A stretch of 64,000 bases of DNA from Amoebidium appalachense (lineage: Eukaryota; Protista; Ichthyosporea), in NCBI GenBank assembly GCA_963693365.1, contig CAVNZM010000018.1, positions 248,001 to 312,000 on the forward strand, in the 5' to 3' direction. The notes beneath the pieces are model-generated. The model was given only the letters and a program-made list of their open reading frames with translations. It searched no databases and was not told the origin of the DNA. Made by a program: the position numbers and the translations under genes. This document shows, one piece after another, positions 1-24,378 of this stretch (positions within the stretch are counted from its first letter, which is position 1; every line of letters starts with the position of its first letter).

Positions 1-252
1 AAGTGTGTGCATATCCTCTCTTCCCCCCCGCCCCCTCCCCCCCCCCCCCCCCCTCTCTCCTCCTCCTCAGCTTCCTCCCCTGTCCCCCCCCCCTCCCCCC
101 CTCCCCCCCTCCCTGCCTTCCCGACACGCACGCACGCACGCACGCACACACGTACGGATGCACGCACATGCGCACAGACACGAAAATGAAATAAAGAATT
201 AGAAGAAAAGAAGAAGAAGAAGAAGAAGAAGAAGATTAAAGGGAAGGGAGAC

Positions 253-309
<57 letters not shown>

Positions 310-469
310 TGGTGGTGATCCTGTGTGGGGGATAGGGTTGGGGGATGGGATGGGGGGGCGGTACAGCAAACAGGAGATAGAGATGGGTGGGACATCGATA
401 CGGGGAATAGGAGACAGATATTGTTGTGTGTTACTGATGCAACCTGACTGTTTACATGTTTCCTCTTAG

Positions 470-12595
<12,126 letters not shown>

Positions 12596-13073
12596 CAACA
12601 TACAACACCACACACCGCATTAAACACTACTCTTGCAGTCTTTGATCTGAATATTTTGAAGTTTTATGTTGCATCACCCATACCCACCCTGTATGCAACT
12701 ATTTCGGAAGACTTTAGTGTAATGCTATTGAAAGGTCTTAGTAGTCATTAGTAGACATTACATTACATATCAGTTGGGAAATTGAGGGCCTCAACCAAGT
12801 AGCCTGTTGTGCCGACTGTTCTTTTCTCCTGTTTGCCACTTTGTAGCAGTGCTATTTATAGTGGCGGTTAATATGCCTTTTGAATGTGGTTCTGAACAAC
12901 TGTATGCGCATGGATATTTGTATATGCACGAAGGCTTGGGATACTAAACCACGGGTTAGCGATTTATTGATTTTCCTCTTCATCTTTTTCTTTTTTGATG
13001 TAGGCGCGATTCTTCAAGTTGTGGGCTGTCGCTGAGCGATGGAATTGTTGCAACTTGCGCATGCAGGGGAACG

Positions 13074-13208
<135 letters not shown>

Positions 13209-13341
13209 GGGGGGGGGGATAATGGATGTGACAATAATAACCACCTCGGACCGGGACTTGCATTACCATTAAATATTTGTGACGGGGCAGACAAGAGAAT
13301 CATGCATGCTGATTGATCGTGAGATGTTTCAATTAAAGTCA

Positions 13342-13390
<49 letters not shown>

Positions 13391-14050
13391 CGCCCCAAAC
13401 AACAACTTTGAAATCGCAAATGCTGCCAGAGCAGCTATCTACAGTGCACGCGGGCCCCGAACACACCGTGACCACAAATCATAACAAATACCACAAACTG
13501 CCGTCATCTATGATCTCGACCGTCACACACGTGTGCCATGATGTGCACGTGGTATATGCACACATGCACCATGCCCAGTACGTATGCACATGCACGTGAT
13601 CACACCTGCAGTACGGAGTCACCACACGTGCACACACCCGTATACAACCACGTGATTTTCCAAATGCAGTAGTCGATAGCGCGTTCGAGTAAGAACTCGC
13701 CGCGGTGACTGATTGTGAGGGTCATAGAGTGAGTGAGTCATAGAGCGAAACACATCTAGTCACCTGCCATATATGGAAGGTAATTGCGCAAACACGAGCA
13801 AAGCGCTATGTTATCCGATAGTATGATACTTGGACAGGTGGTGATTCATCGGCGAAGAAATTTCGCTCCAATGCAGCATTTATCCTTGCGGGCATGTAAT
13901 AATTTACATTTTCATACTTCCAACCAGCGATATATATGGTTTTTTGTAACTTTTTCGCACTTTTGGAGGTTTTTTAAACTTTGTTTTCTAATCATGGTAG
14001 CAAACGCCATATCTGCCCGAACAAACCAACGGGCGTCGGGCCGAGCTCGA

Positions 14051-14440
14051 CCAGAGTGTGGCGACTTGACTCCTAAGCCAAGTCATGATCAAGTCAGGCC
14101 ATCAGGCGTGACTTGGAGGTGACTTGGGGGAGGGAGGGGGCCCGGGTGGTCCGTAGGGGGGGGGAACTCGAAGGGACTGAGGGCCCGGAGCACTCCGGAG
14201 GCGGCACCGCCCTCTCCTCCCACCCCTCCCCCCCGGCACCCCTTCCCCCTCCCCGCCCCCCGGGCCCCTTCCAGGCCCACGGGCCAAAAATGCACCAAAT
14301 TTAGAAACAAGTCACCTGAAGTCGCAACTTGAGTCATAGGGTCTCAAGTCGCTATTCCAAGTCAAGTCAAGTCCCAAGCACCAACTGCCAATTATAAATA
14401 TATGTCAAGTCAAGTCACGAAAGCTCCGCCACACCCATGG
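14051..14440. mobile_element. Degenerate MITE (hAT-like ends) with subterminal CAAGTC/GACTTG repeats
   Basis: Imperfect terminal inverted repeat CCAGAGTGTGGCG...CGCCACACCCATGG with many CAAGTC/GACTTG motifs inside. No clear TSD. Confidence 0.5.
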
Positions 14441-15294
14441 CTGGCATCGGCCCTTGAACGGCGGCACGGTGCAGTCGGTTTAATGGTTGGTCCGGCGGAT
14501 TGGAATGTGCACCAGAACAAAACACAATTTCTAGAGATAAGCTTTTGAGGATGTTTATAAAGAAGTTAAATATGAAAGATGAATAATTTCCATATATCAA
14601 TCAGTATGCTAGTTCAAAATAAGAGTTTTTGTAATATGGCCTTTGCTGGCTTGATGGCTCTATATTTTATATTTTATTGTGATGATTTAGAGTAACCCAT
14701 CACTGCAAACTTTGCAAAGCAAACCTCCTGTGGAATGTCCCTCGTATTCAAGCAGTCTTGGCAATTTTTGCGCGGTGATAACTAGAACTGGTGACTATCA
14801 TTGATACTGCTGCTGCTAAAGTTTCACTGAACAAATAGAAATCCTACATATTTTATTTTTGTTTTAGGAATTATGGGCAAAAGAGTATACAAAAGAGACA
14901 AAAAGAAAAGGAGCCGTGTCTCCAGAGAACGAAACGCCACAGTCAAGTGGTGGCATATGGCGGGCCGCGGGCGCCATTACGGTGAAAAAAGAAAAAAAAA
15001 AAAATCGCCCTGATTGGTTGACGGCTCACCGGGCAACGCAAAATATGAGATACTACAGCTGTTTGCAAGTCCACACCTACTATTAGTAATTTATAGCCGA
15101 CCCGTGAGGGTGCCCTAATAACAGAAAAAAAACATCTGCAAAGAAGAGCATGAAAATCTATTCTAGGTGGAAAATTGAGCCAACTTATTATCAAATTACA
15201 ACAATTTCTGGTTCGCCATTTGTTAAACGTTTTTTCTTGATTAGGCTAGCTGTGAACACCACCCGAAAAGACGGTCCAGCGAATGCGCTTCGGA

Positions 15295-16813
15295 CCCAGC
15301 TTCGAATTGGAACTTCGCAGGCCCTCGCAAAAAAATCCCAAGTATCAAATATCCCAAAACAATATCCCATGTTGCGCGATATGTTTTGATATTTCAGGGG
15401 TACTAAAGATATTTATTCGATATTCAGAGGACTTCTTGGGATTTTTTCGTGTATATATTTTTTTCTTTTGACTCGGGTTTATTGATCCGTTGATGAGGGC
15501 AACGTGCAGCCACAGGCTACATAACCACCAATAGAACTGAAAAAGCCAAAGCTACGAAATTATTTATAAAAATAAAACGACTTAGTGACAAAGGACACCA
15601 GCGGGCAAAACTTACTTACTTGTAAGTGTACATGTATGCGTAAAACTAGTTTGCTCCAACTAGACTACATATGCATCGATGTTGACCAGACCACACTCCG
15701 CAAGAAGACATCATTACTGCTCCTTCTCAACAGGCCCCCCTTAAAACCTACCGAGGCACAGCAAGTGAGCAAGTCAGCCTCTAAAAGAGCAATGCAGACC
15801 AAAATTTAATCTGAGCTAAAAAAAAATCCCAAAGGGCCCGGCCCCTAGATAACCCGGAGAAACTGCATCTAGCTCTCTGATAAGGTGGCCTAGTTGTGGC
15901 AGGACACACAGAAAAACACAATTACAGAATGCATGCAAGCAAACCCGGTCATTGCCATACGACTGGAGGCTAAGGACTGGCAGTCACCGTTACTTGGAAA
16001 GCTCCCCGACGACCAAGTAGCCGCCCCTCCACTGACGCAGCGCAGAAGTAGCTGAAGAAGTTGCAGCAGCCCACCGCCAATAGGTCGCGTAGAAGCGTAG
16101 ACAGCGTGTAGAAGTTACCATAGGTTGCAGTGGACCACCAGGCGTTGAAGAAACCACTTCTCAAGCGAGAATGTCGTATCCTAATATATGTGTACTAGAG
16201 ACGCGGCACTCTACTAAGTGTACACACACGAAAAGGAACGAACGTGTACAGAAAAACGGTAAAGTTTATTAAGACCAGGCTCCGACGGGCAAACTTAGAT
16301 CCGCACGGATTGAGTCTAAGTTACGACTGAGGCCATCAAGGCCGTGCCCTACAAGATCATCATCACCTGGCCCCCTACGATGCCACATTCCATTAACATT
16401 CCGATCTACTTTTATCGTGCGCCTGCACGAGCTAAGTCGATCTACTCAACTAATATATTTATCCAAGTCTCACCCCTCACCCCTCCCCCTAGTGGCACCG
16501 CAGAGTCTAAATCTACATTTCATACTATCCTCCCCCCCCCTCCCTCCCCCCCTTTCCTCTACATCTAAATATATAAATACGTTTGGCAACATATACTATC
16601 AAACCTTGCCAATCCTTACAAAAGGGCTTCTGCCCGAACAATGACATTCCTAAGTCCTCCTACGATCTATCCTACACACTAATTAGAATTCTATTGGACG
16701 GCTGTCCCGGCTGACGTGGTCCAATGCCCTGCGCCGGCAGAGGCAAGATGCACGCAGCTGTACAGCTATCTTGAGGCCCCGGACTTGATCTTGATGATCT
16801 GTGGACCCGGGCC

Positions 16814-16848
<35 letters not shown>

Positions 16849-17201
16849 ATCTCGATCGTAGACTTAGGCTAATCTGCTGAGACGGATTAGTATATGTCAG
16901 AGAAACTCCGCGAAAGGGAGATGCCCCCACACTCTCAGAATACACCAGGCCACACCACACACACGCTGCAGTCACGTTCCCCTGAGTGGGACTCCCTCCC
17001 ACCACAAAGAGAAGAATCGAAAGCCTTTATATACCTGCCATGGTGAAGAATCGGGAAAAAAAGTTGACGTGACAGCTAAGAGATCGAAGTGAAAGTGAAG
17101 TTCTGGGTCTGATTTGCGGGATATTTCGGGATATTACCATTTGATATTCAGGGGTTATTTGCGGGATATGTTTGCAGGGGCCAAACAATTTGGAAGTTGG
17201 G
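15295..17201. mobile_element. Putative non-autonomous CMC/EnSpm-like DNA transposon
   Basis: Left end CCCAGCTTCGAATTG and right end CAATTTGGAAGTTGGG form an imperfect TIR. ATATCCC/GGGATAT/GATATT subterminal repeats cluster at both ends. No transposase recognised. Confidence 0.45.
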
Positions 17202-17541
17202 TATGTACAAATAAAGCATTTCATTGGCTCAAGGTCACGCATGCATATTATGCATTCCAAACCAGCTAATTATGATTGTCTCTCTCAAACTATGATAGGG
17301 ATCCGCATGTCGGGCCCGAGCCAGTGACAAACGAACGGAGGGTGACTTTGCATGTGGGGTGTTTCCGTATGTATATACGTTTGTGCCTCTTGGACTCTGT
17401 ATCTTTGTTTTCATCTACTTTCTAGAAGGGCATAACAGACAAACGCTGGAGGCAGAGCATTAGTTTCATGCATGCCGCTGGCAGGCGTTTTACTTGATTC
17501 CTCAGTGAAGAAAAAAGATTTTTCTTTTCGACTTTCGGAAC

Positions 17542-18551
17542 ATGACTGCAGCAACCATTCTACCCCACACACCACGTTTTCAATCCTGGGGAATGAAGCT
17601 CAAATCCTTGTTAGTGTTTACTTCCCTGCGCCGGCCACCTTTGGGCAGCGCGTGGATGAAAGAAAAGGAAACATGCACGCTGACTTCGCACAGCGCCTTT
17701 GACGACACACAGGGATCGAGCTACTACGACCTGCACATGGATTCATTTGCGGTTGTTCTTGAAAACCCAAGTACAAGGCACGAGTTTAAGAGGTTTTTGA
17801 AGAAAGAACATGCCGCCGACAACCTCAGCTTCTGGGAGGAATGTAGACTATTTAGGTGAGTTGCGGTTTGGGGTTGTGTTTCTGTTTTGAAACAATTATT
17901 TCTCTTGGCAGTTATTTCTCTTTGCATGGTGCACGTCATGTTAAAGCATGCCTGGAGGTAAGCACCAGCAAATCAGCTTTCCTCTATTGTTAATTATTGG
18001 TTCTTTGCACACAAGATCCTTGTTATCCTGCTCCATTTGGCTCTGCTTTGCACCTTTACTAGCCCCGCACAGTAAGAGCATCAAAGGCCTTTTCGGACAA
18101 GCACTTGCCCTCCTCCGACTCTTATTTAAATTCCTACTGTTGCAGAAAAAATCCCTGCACATACTCGCATCCTTATTACCCACTTGCTTATTCATTTCTT
18201 TTACACAGATCCCTCGAAAATGCCTCTGAGAGACAGCTGCTAGCGACGGCCATAGTCTACAAATATCTACTGGATAACGCACCAAACGCAATACACATCG
18301 ATGTTGATGTGAAGAAAAAGGCGCTAAGAAGGTGCCGAAAGGAGCTTGTTCCATCGGACACGTTCCTTGCGTGCGAGCAGTACATCGAGCAATTAATGTC
18401 GGACAGTTTTACGCGTTTCATTCAGCAGAAGGGAATGTCCTGGTTGCTCACAGCGAGCCACAGTAGTGATGGGTTCCCGCGGTATACAGGTCACTCCAAG
18501 TGGATGGGGAGGAATAGGGAGTCTATGTATAGCCACAATTCGGCTTCCTAA
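17542..18551 (+). CDS. Small regulator of G-protein signalling (RGS domain) protein, 2 exons
   Basis: Exon 1 17542-17855 (AG|GTGAGT) and exon 2 18209-18551 (TTTTACACAG|) join in frame. SFAVVLENPSTRHEFKRFLKKEHAADNLSFWEEC...IVYKYLLDNAPNAIHID...TFLACEQYIEQLMSDSFTRF fits the RGS consensus (F..FL..E.S.ENL.FW..C, I...Y...AP..INI, F...Q..I..LM..DS..RF). The start codon is uncertain. Confidence 0.92.
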
Positions 18552-19253
18552 GCATATAAACGCCTAGCATGGCATGCATAACGTAGAATATTTCATATTT
18601 TCTGTTGTTAATTTTCAACGGATGACTGCGCTGGTATCCTGAGTGTTATATATTAGTAAGATGAGTGAATGACTACTATGAATGATAAATACTATGAATG
18701 TTGAGTATGTAGCATATATTCTTGAAGTCGTCTTGAGTTTCAGAGAAAATCGCTTTTGTTATACCAAAAGAAATAGCTGCATAGGTACCCATGTGTGCCT
18801 TACGCTTTGCAGCACCCCAACTTTGGGTGAACTGAAGGAGAAGGTGCAGGTCACCACTTCCATATATGGTAATAGAAATAACCTTGTAAGGACTGGTCCT
18901 TCTGTCAATACAAACAAGCACACTGCATTTCCCCCTCTACCCAGAGGCAGACCCAGTGCCTGCTTTCTGGTGTCCATCATGTTGCAGTTCGCCTTCTATT
19001 GTGCTGTCTAATCCCCTCATCCCCCCCCCCCCCCCCCCCTCCTAGGTACGTAAAAGCAGTTTCCTCGAAGCGAAATGAAAAATCCAAACCTACTTGTGTA
19101 GCAAACTCTAGAATAGGACTGAGCGTGCTGCGTGCATGCATTGCAGCGTGTGCAAATTTATGCTCTAACCCGGTTTACTGCTTCTGGCCTAACTATAGTT
19201 GTCTATTAAACCTTATGTTTGGCAGCAGGGTAGACTCGTGGCGCAAATATTAT

Positions 19254-19705
19254 CTACTTAGTAACAAAAATAAAAGGCACATCATGGTGGTGCACAGTGG
19301 GGAGGGAGGTGATGGGGTTCCTTGCTGTGTCAGGTGTACATGTGTGTGTGCATGTGGACGGGTGGGGGGTGGGGGGTGGGAGAGAGGGGAGGCGGGGGAA
19401 GGGGTTGGGAGGGGTTGGGGGTTGGGGGGAGGAGGGAGAGTGGGGTGGAGGGGGGGAGGGAGGGAAGGAGGGGTTGACAGCCACGGAGGAGCCGCTCTAC
19501 TCGGAGCACAAAAGAGTGGTTGTGAGGATTTCGGTATTCAATCTCCAGCCAGCGGTTGGCTGGCAGGGCAGGTAGATGTTGACCACTGTCCAGCCCGTCA
19601 GCCGGCCCATTGGCGGTGATGATGACCATGGCGTCGCCGTGTGTGTGTGTGTGTGTGCGTGTGTGTAGGATGGAGTGGGGTGGGATATTGGGGGCGGGGC
19701 GGGGG

Positions 19706-19744
<39 letters not shown>

Positions 19745-20490
19745 GGAGAGGGAGTCTGGGGGTGGAGGAGGGAAAGGGGGGGGGAGAGGTGGGGAGGAAG
19801 GGCGAGAGGGGGATGGGGTCGGATGCTTGATGAGGAGATTTTGTGGGATAGGGCTGTTGCAAAGAAATTCGACGATGATGACGGGGCAAGTTGGCTACAC
19901 CTTAACCATGTACACATGTAGTCTGCCAGGCTTGTACCAGCTAGCTTACGTAAGGCGAGGGCTACTAAGCTGCGGCAACATACAAGATATTTTAGAGAGG
20001 CCGCGCGCAGGGAGACAGCCTACCACCTACTGAGGTGGTGCCTCATTTTCCTTCCTACCTCAGCAGAAATGTCTCGCTAGTAATGACAACGCTTATCTGT
20101 GTACGCGAAGTGACTGCTGCGAATTCGAAGAAGGAAGGCTGCGAAGAAAAAAGACAGCATGGCACAAGTAAGGTAAGACTATAAATCCACTCTATATCGG
20201 AGGGTTTTCAATTTTAATTGATTTATGAAAACTACACACACACCTACCACCTACTGAGGCGGTGTCTCCTTTCTCTTTTTTTTTTTTTTTTTTTTTTTTA
20301 CTTAGCCGCCTGAGTAGATGTTAAAACGTCGCACGTGCGGCAACACGTCAGTACGTGTTAGCACACACGCACACACACACATGCACGTACTTGACCCTCT
20401 CCTCTGCGTCCATGGCATCCATCTTGCCCAGCAGCTCTTGAAGCAGGTCATTGGTCAACTGCGCAAGCGCTGCCATCTTCTCAAGTAGAC
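19254..20490 (-). pseudogene. Probable degraded multi-exon gene fragment
   Basis: Clean exon at 20490-20391 (TGCAG|GLLEKMAALAQLTNDLLQELLGKMDAMDAEERVK|GTACGT). Protein-like segments near 19640-19490 (VIITANGPADG..RWLEIEYRNPHNHSFVLRVERLL) are separated by poly-C/(CA)n spacers oriented like minus-strand introns. Splice sites and frames are damaged and no homology was recognised. Confidence 0.35.
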
Positions 20491-20569
20491 CTGCACGGAT
20501 AGGGGTGCATTGGTCTTGGAGACAGCACTCAGAGTATATTGTACTATGTACGAGTCGAGGGTACTGGGG

Positions 20570-20603
20570 CACGGCCATCTAGAGGACTCTCTAGATGGCC
20601 GTG
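20570..20603. mobile_element. Transposon excision footprint (two fused TIR stubs between direct repeats)
   Basis: GTACTGGGG-[CACGGCCATCTAGAG-GAC-TCTCTAGATGGCCGTG]-GTACTGGGG. The stubs match the terminus at 23893-23908. Confidence 0.8.
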
Positions 20604-21181
20604 GTACTGGGGCTATCCACACTGCGCCGATTGACTGGTTTCGGATTGACAATCCATCGGAGCTCCGATTGACAAGATTCGACCATATTTGGATTTTCCG
20701 GGAATCGATTCGATCGGCGCGTCCAGACTGGGCCGCGGACTCCTCTTTCGGCCCTTTTTCGGCCGCCAAAATGCAGATGGAAACCAATCACATTAGGCCA
20801 TGACGTATATTCGGAGTGCCAAAAGCCGCCGCGGCAACGTTGGTTTCGCGCGCGTTCCCGGAGCGAACCATCAGATAAAGGTATACCCGAGTTATATGTG
20901 AACCTTCTTTCTTACTTAGAGTCTATCAGCACACAGCAGTTGAGGAGTTTAGGTACTGAAACAGGCAAGAGAAAAATTACCAAATGCCCCAGTTGAGTGC
21001 GCATGCATGCTAAATTTGTCCGGGTGCAGCAACTGCACTACCTTTTGTACTTTGTGTATTTGTGTAAAGAAAAATCGAGCTTTATGTAGCTACGCGATAT
21101 TTCATTGGCCAAAAAATATAATGAAGGCAGCTAACCATCAATCCTTTTGCGAAATAGCTATCTATGGTTAATTGTTTAAGG

Positions 21182-23005
21182 GACTCAGGCCGTCCGTCAG
21201 TGACGTGATCGGAATTTTCTCATTAGCTTGCGCAAGATTTGAGTCTAGCGGAAGGTACGGTCTATTTTTTGGCGGGAAAAACCATCCCCTTAGATTTATC
21301 CGGCTATGGCAGCAACGTGATTACGGAAGGGAGTAAAATTATTTAAATTCTCAAATAGACGATTCAAGGCATCTGATTGGATCTATAAACGAAACAGCCG
21401 ATTACAGAGGGGCGGTCAATCGCCGGTCTGTGTGGCCTGCGCCGTTGCAGTTCACGGCAATGGGGAGCAGGTGAGGGCGGCGTGTTGACGGCACAGTATC
21501 ATCGAATACAGCCCATATTTACTTTTCACACGGGGTGGGCTTAAGGCCCACCTCGCCCGCTCTTTGCAATACTTCTTTCGGGTTTTCATTTTCTTCCTTA
21601 CCAACCCAAAGATGGGCAACCCATGTTTTGTGTACAACTGCAAGAGTAACTATGCTAGCGAAGTCCGCAAGAATAGGGGCAAGGAGAACATAGACCCACA
21701 GGGAAAGATAAACCCTAAGGGAACTGTTTCTACCTTTAGGTTTCCAAATCCCGATAAGGAGCCTGAGTTATGGGAGCTGTGGTATAACAACTATAGCCAA
21801 GCAGGGACCACCTGGGATGGTGTTGAACACTTCAAACAAATTTACAAAGACGGTAGGCCTTACGTTTGCGTTAAGCATTTCCTTCATGAAGACTACCCCC
21901 CAATAGGTGCTACAAATGACAGACACCCGCAGCCCGTTAAGCAAGTTACGTTCGCAAGGGACCCAAAGTCCTACCCTGCCATCGCCCCCCGCATCTTTTG
22001 TGAACCACATGACCCCGCAAAAAAAATTGTTCTCCCGGCGACAAAATTGGTGATTCGTACTGCAGCATTCAAAAGAGAAGCGCGGAGGGAAGAGGAGGAA
22101 ACGGCAGAGCGCAAGAAAGCGGAGGAAGAGGAGAAGCAACGGGTTCGGGCGGAGAATGAAGAGCGCAAGTTGGCTGCACAACAAAAGCGCTTACGCGAGT
22201 TAAATGAGCGGGAAACAGCAGAGCGCATCAAGCGAGCTGCACTTGAGCAGGAAAGAGCACGCGAGCTTGCGGACCACATTAAGCTACCGGACCCTGTCTT
22301 TATTGATCGTGTTTGCCAAATCGTCCAATACCACCCGGGCTGGTCGGCCCACAGGACCCCTGCCGGCGTTGTTTTGCCTTGTTCAACACACACCCACGTG
22401 ACTATCGAGGGGGGAGGGCAGCTACCGATCGCGCTTCAAGCAGGCCACGTCAACATTACCCCAGACGGCCACTACATATCTTTCGCCATGCTACCCGCAC
22501 AACCCCCAACTGAGCCGCTAACAACCGTTAACATTCTAAGTCCCACTCCAACTTCGTAAAGAACGAAACCTACAGACTGCGGTTGGAGGCGCTGCTGAAA
22601 CAGAAAAAGAAAGCGGAGAAGGAGGGGAAAGGCGGGAAACCAACAAACCAAACCGGCCACCCCAAACCTGCACAGTTAGATCAGATGGTACGTAAGGAGA
22701 ACGTTATCATGCACAGGGTAAGTTGAACGTGTGATGAGTGTATATAGTTCAGTGCTAGCAAATATACGAACTTTCCTACATTAGCTCTATTGTTTCCTCA
22801 ATAGCAACCTGTCAATAGCCACGGTCAATAGCCACAGTCATATGGCAGTGTGTTGTGATTAGGGATAGGTCTATAGTTTGCAGACTTAGTAGTTCGAAGT
22901 ATAGGGGTTCTTGTGTTAGCAACACCCACACAACTCAGTGCACTCAAGCCAAGCACACATTTACGCCCACGCATACACACACACAGACACAGACACACAC
23001 ACACA

Positions 23006-23057
<52 letters not shown>

Positions 23058-23908
23058 AGCATGTGGTTATTAGGGCACAATGTACACGTAGGTAATATTA
23101 CATACCATTTGCATAGATTCGGGCTATATTTTCTTTGCTTCTTCAATTTGGATTGAGAGAAAAGCAGAGCAAAACAAGTAGAGTAGGTGAGTTTAGCAGC
23201 GAAAGTTGTACCTTTAGGTGGGTGCTTGACAACTCAAACGTTAACAACAGTAAACAACGGGTTGAACACGGGTTGATCGTAGCTTTGGGGAGAATGGTAC
23301 ACGATGAACACCGATACGTTTGTAACCAAAGAGACTTCTGTTTACAACGGATAAAAGAAAAAAGAGTGCCTAAGATTCTACTTGCATCTAAAACGTGTTG
23401 CTCTGTGTCAAGCTGTCAGTAAGCGGCAGAAAGAAACAACGGAAGCACTCACAGAAAGCACTCACCACCGAATAGCTGCTGCATTCAGTAGCGATGAAGG
23501 TTGCAGACTGCGCAGCCTGGGCTCGGTTGTTATCCCCGCGTGCCTTGAACGCGTAGTTCTACAGCTCTTCGACCAAGTTATGCCTTTCTTAGTGTGCCAA
23601 CACAAAAAACACGTGGTAGTTCAGTGAAGTTTCGCGTTACATATGTGTCCACGAATAGCCCGTCGGGGCATCAACAGACCCGGATCTGACCCATATGTGG
23701 ATCTTCTACTATTAGTTATCAGTCTAGATCAACCAGAAGTTGACCCGAATCGTTAGCATCGGAACCACGTCGCGATTACATAATCGTCGCACGTAGGAAA
23801 AGTAGACCGTACCCCCCTGTGGAATGCAGAATAGCCTTTTGTGGTTCGGTCGTCATTATCCCGGGAATCTTGATGGCGACGGACGGCCTGAGTCTCTAGA
23901 TGGCCGTG
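21182..23908 (+). mobile_element. Inner THAP-encoding TIR element (P-element-like), left terminus damaged, apparently internally deleted
   Basis: Right TIR GACGGACGGCCTGAGTCTCTAGATGGCCGTG (23878-23908). Its inner 17 bp recur inverted at 21182-21198. TTAAGG flanks both ends (21176-21181 and 23909-23914). Confidence 0.65.
21612..22559 (+). CDS. THAP (C2CH zinc finger) domain protein followed by a coiled coil; probably transposase N-terminal portion
   Basis: MGNPCFVYNC...TFRFP..(W)...YVCVKHF...AIAPRIF matches the THAP signature (C-x4-C, FxFP, W, VC-x2-HF, AVPTIF box). An E/R/K-rich coil follows. No DDE domain is visible; an out-of-frame coding-like tail lies at ~22540-22717. Confidence 0.8.
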   Translation: MGNPCFVYNCKSNYASEVRKNRGKENIDPQGKINPKGTVSTFRFPNPDKEPELWELWYNNYSQAGTTWDGVEHFKQIYKDGRPYVCVKHFLHEDYPPIGATNDRHPQPVKQVTFARDPKSYPAIAPRIFCEPHDPAKKIVLPATKLVIRTAAFKREARREEEETAERKKAEEEEKQRVRAENEERKLAAQQKRLRELNERETAERIKRAALEQERARELADHIKLPDPVFIDRVCQIVQYHPGWSAHRTPAGVVLPCSTHTHVTIEGGGQLPIALQAGHVNITPDGHYISFAMLPAQPPTEPLTTVNILSPTPTS

Positions 23909-24378
23909 TTAAGGTCGCAGGCTCCGATTGGCTCGGATTGATGTCCGGATTAACTGCTGGTTTAATCTAACGTCAATCCGGATCCGGATGGACGCGCTCA
24001 ATCCAAATTTGGATTCAGCATCCATCCGAGCGCTCATCCGAATCAGTGTGTACCCCGCCGTCGGAAACGATTGGACTCCGATCCAAATTAGGCAAATTTG
24101 GTCAATCCGGAGATTCAATCGGCGCAGTGTGGACAGCCCCACTGGCTGTCGACGGACACAGGCTTTTGACTGTTTTGAACCCAGTTTCGCATTCGCCTGC
24201 AAAACGGCGATTACTGAATGCACATTATAATTTTAAGTTTCTTTGTGGCCGTTTAAACCCTCTTTTAAAACAAGAACTTGTAATCAATATTTACGATTAG
24301 CTGTTAGTCATGGTATTGCGTATCCCACATTTGCTGTTACGACATCAAGGGGGAAACTTTGAAACAAAACAAAGGAAT

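Larger units (their letters stand above)
20609..24140. mobile_element. Outer TIR element (PIF/Harbinger-like), carrying a nested insertion
   Basis: TIRs GGGGCTATCCACACTGCGCCGATTGA (20609-20634) and TCAATCGGCGCAGTGTGGACAGCCCC (24115-24140) match at 25/26 positions. ACT direct repeat on both flanks; subterminal CGGATTGA/CCGATTG repeats. Confidence 0.8.

Noticed and set aside
15970-16164. Minus-strand ORF inside the putative EnSpm-like element
   Set aside because: Short, with no recognisable transposase motif.
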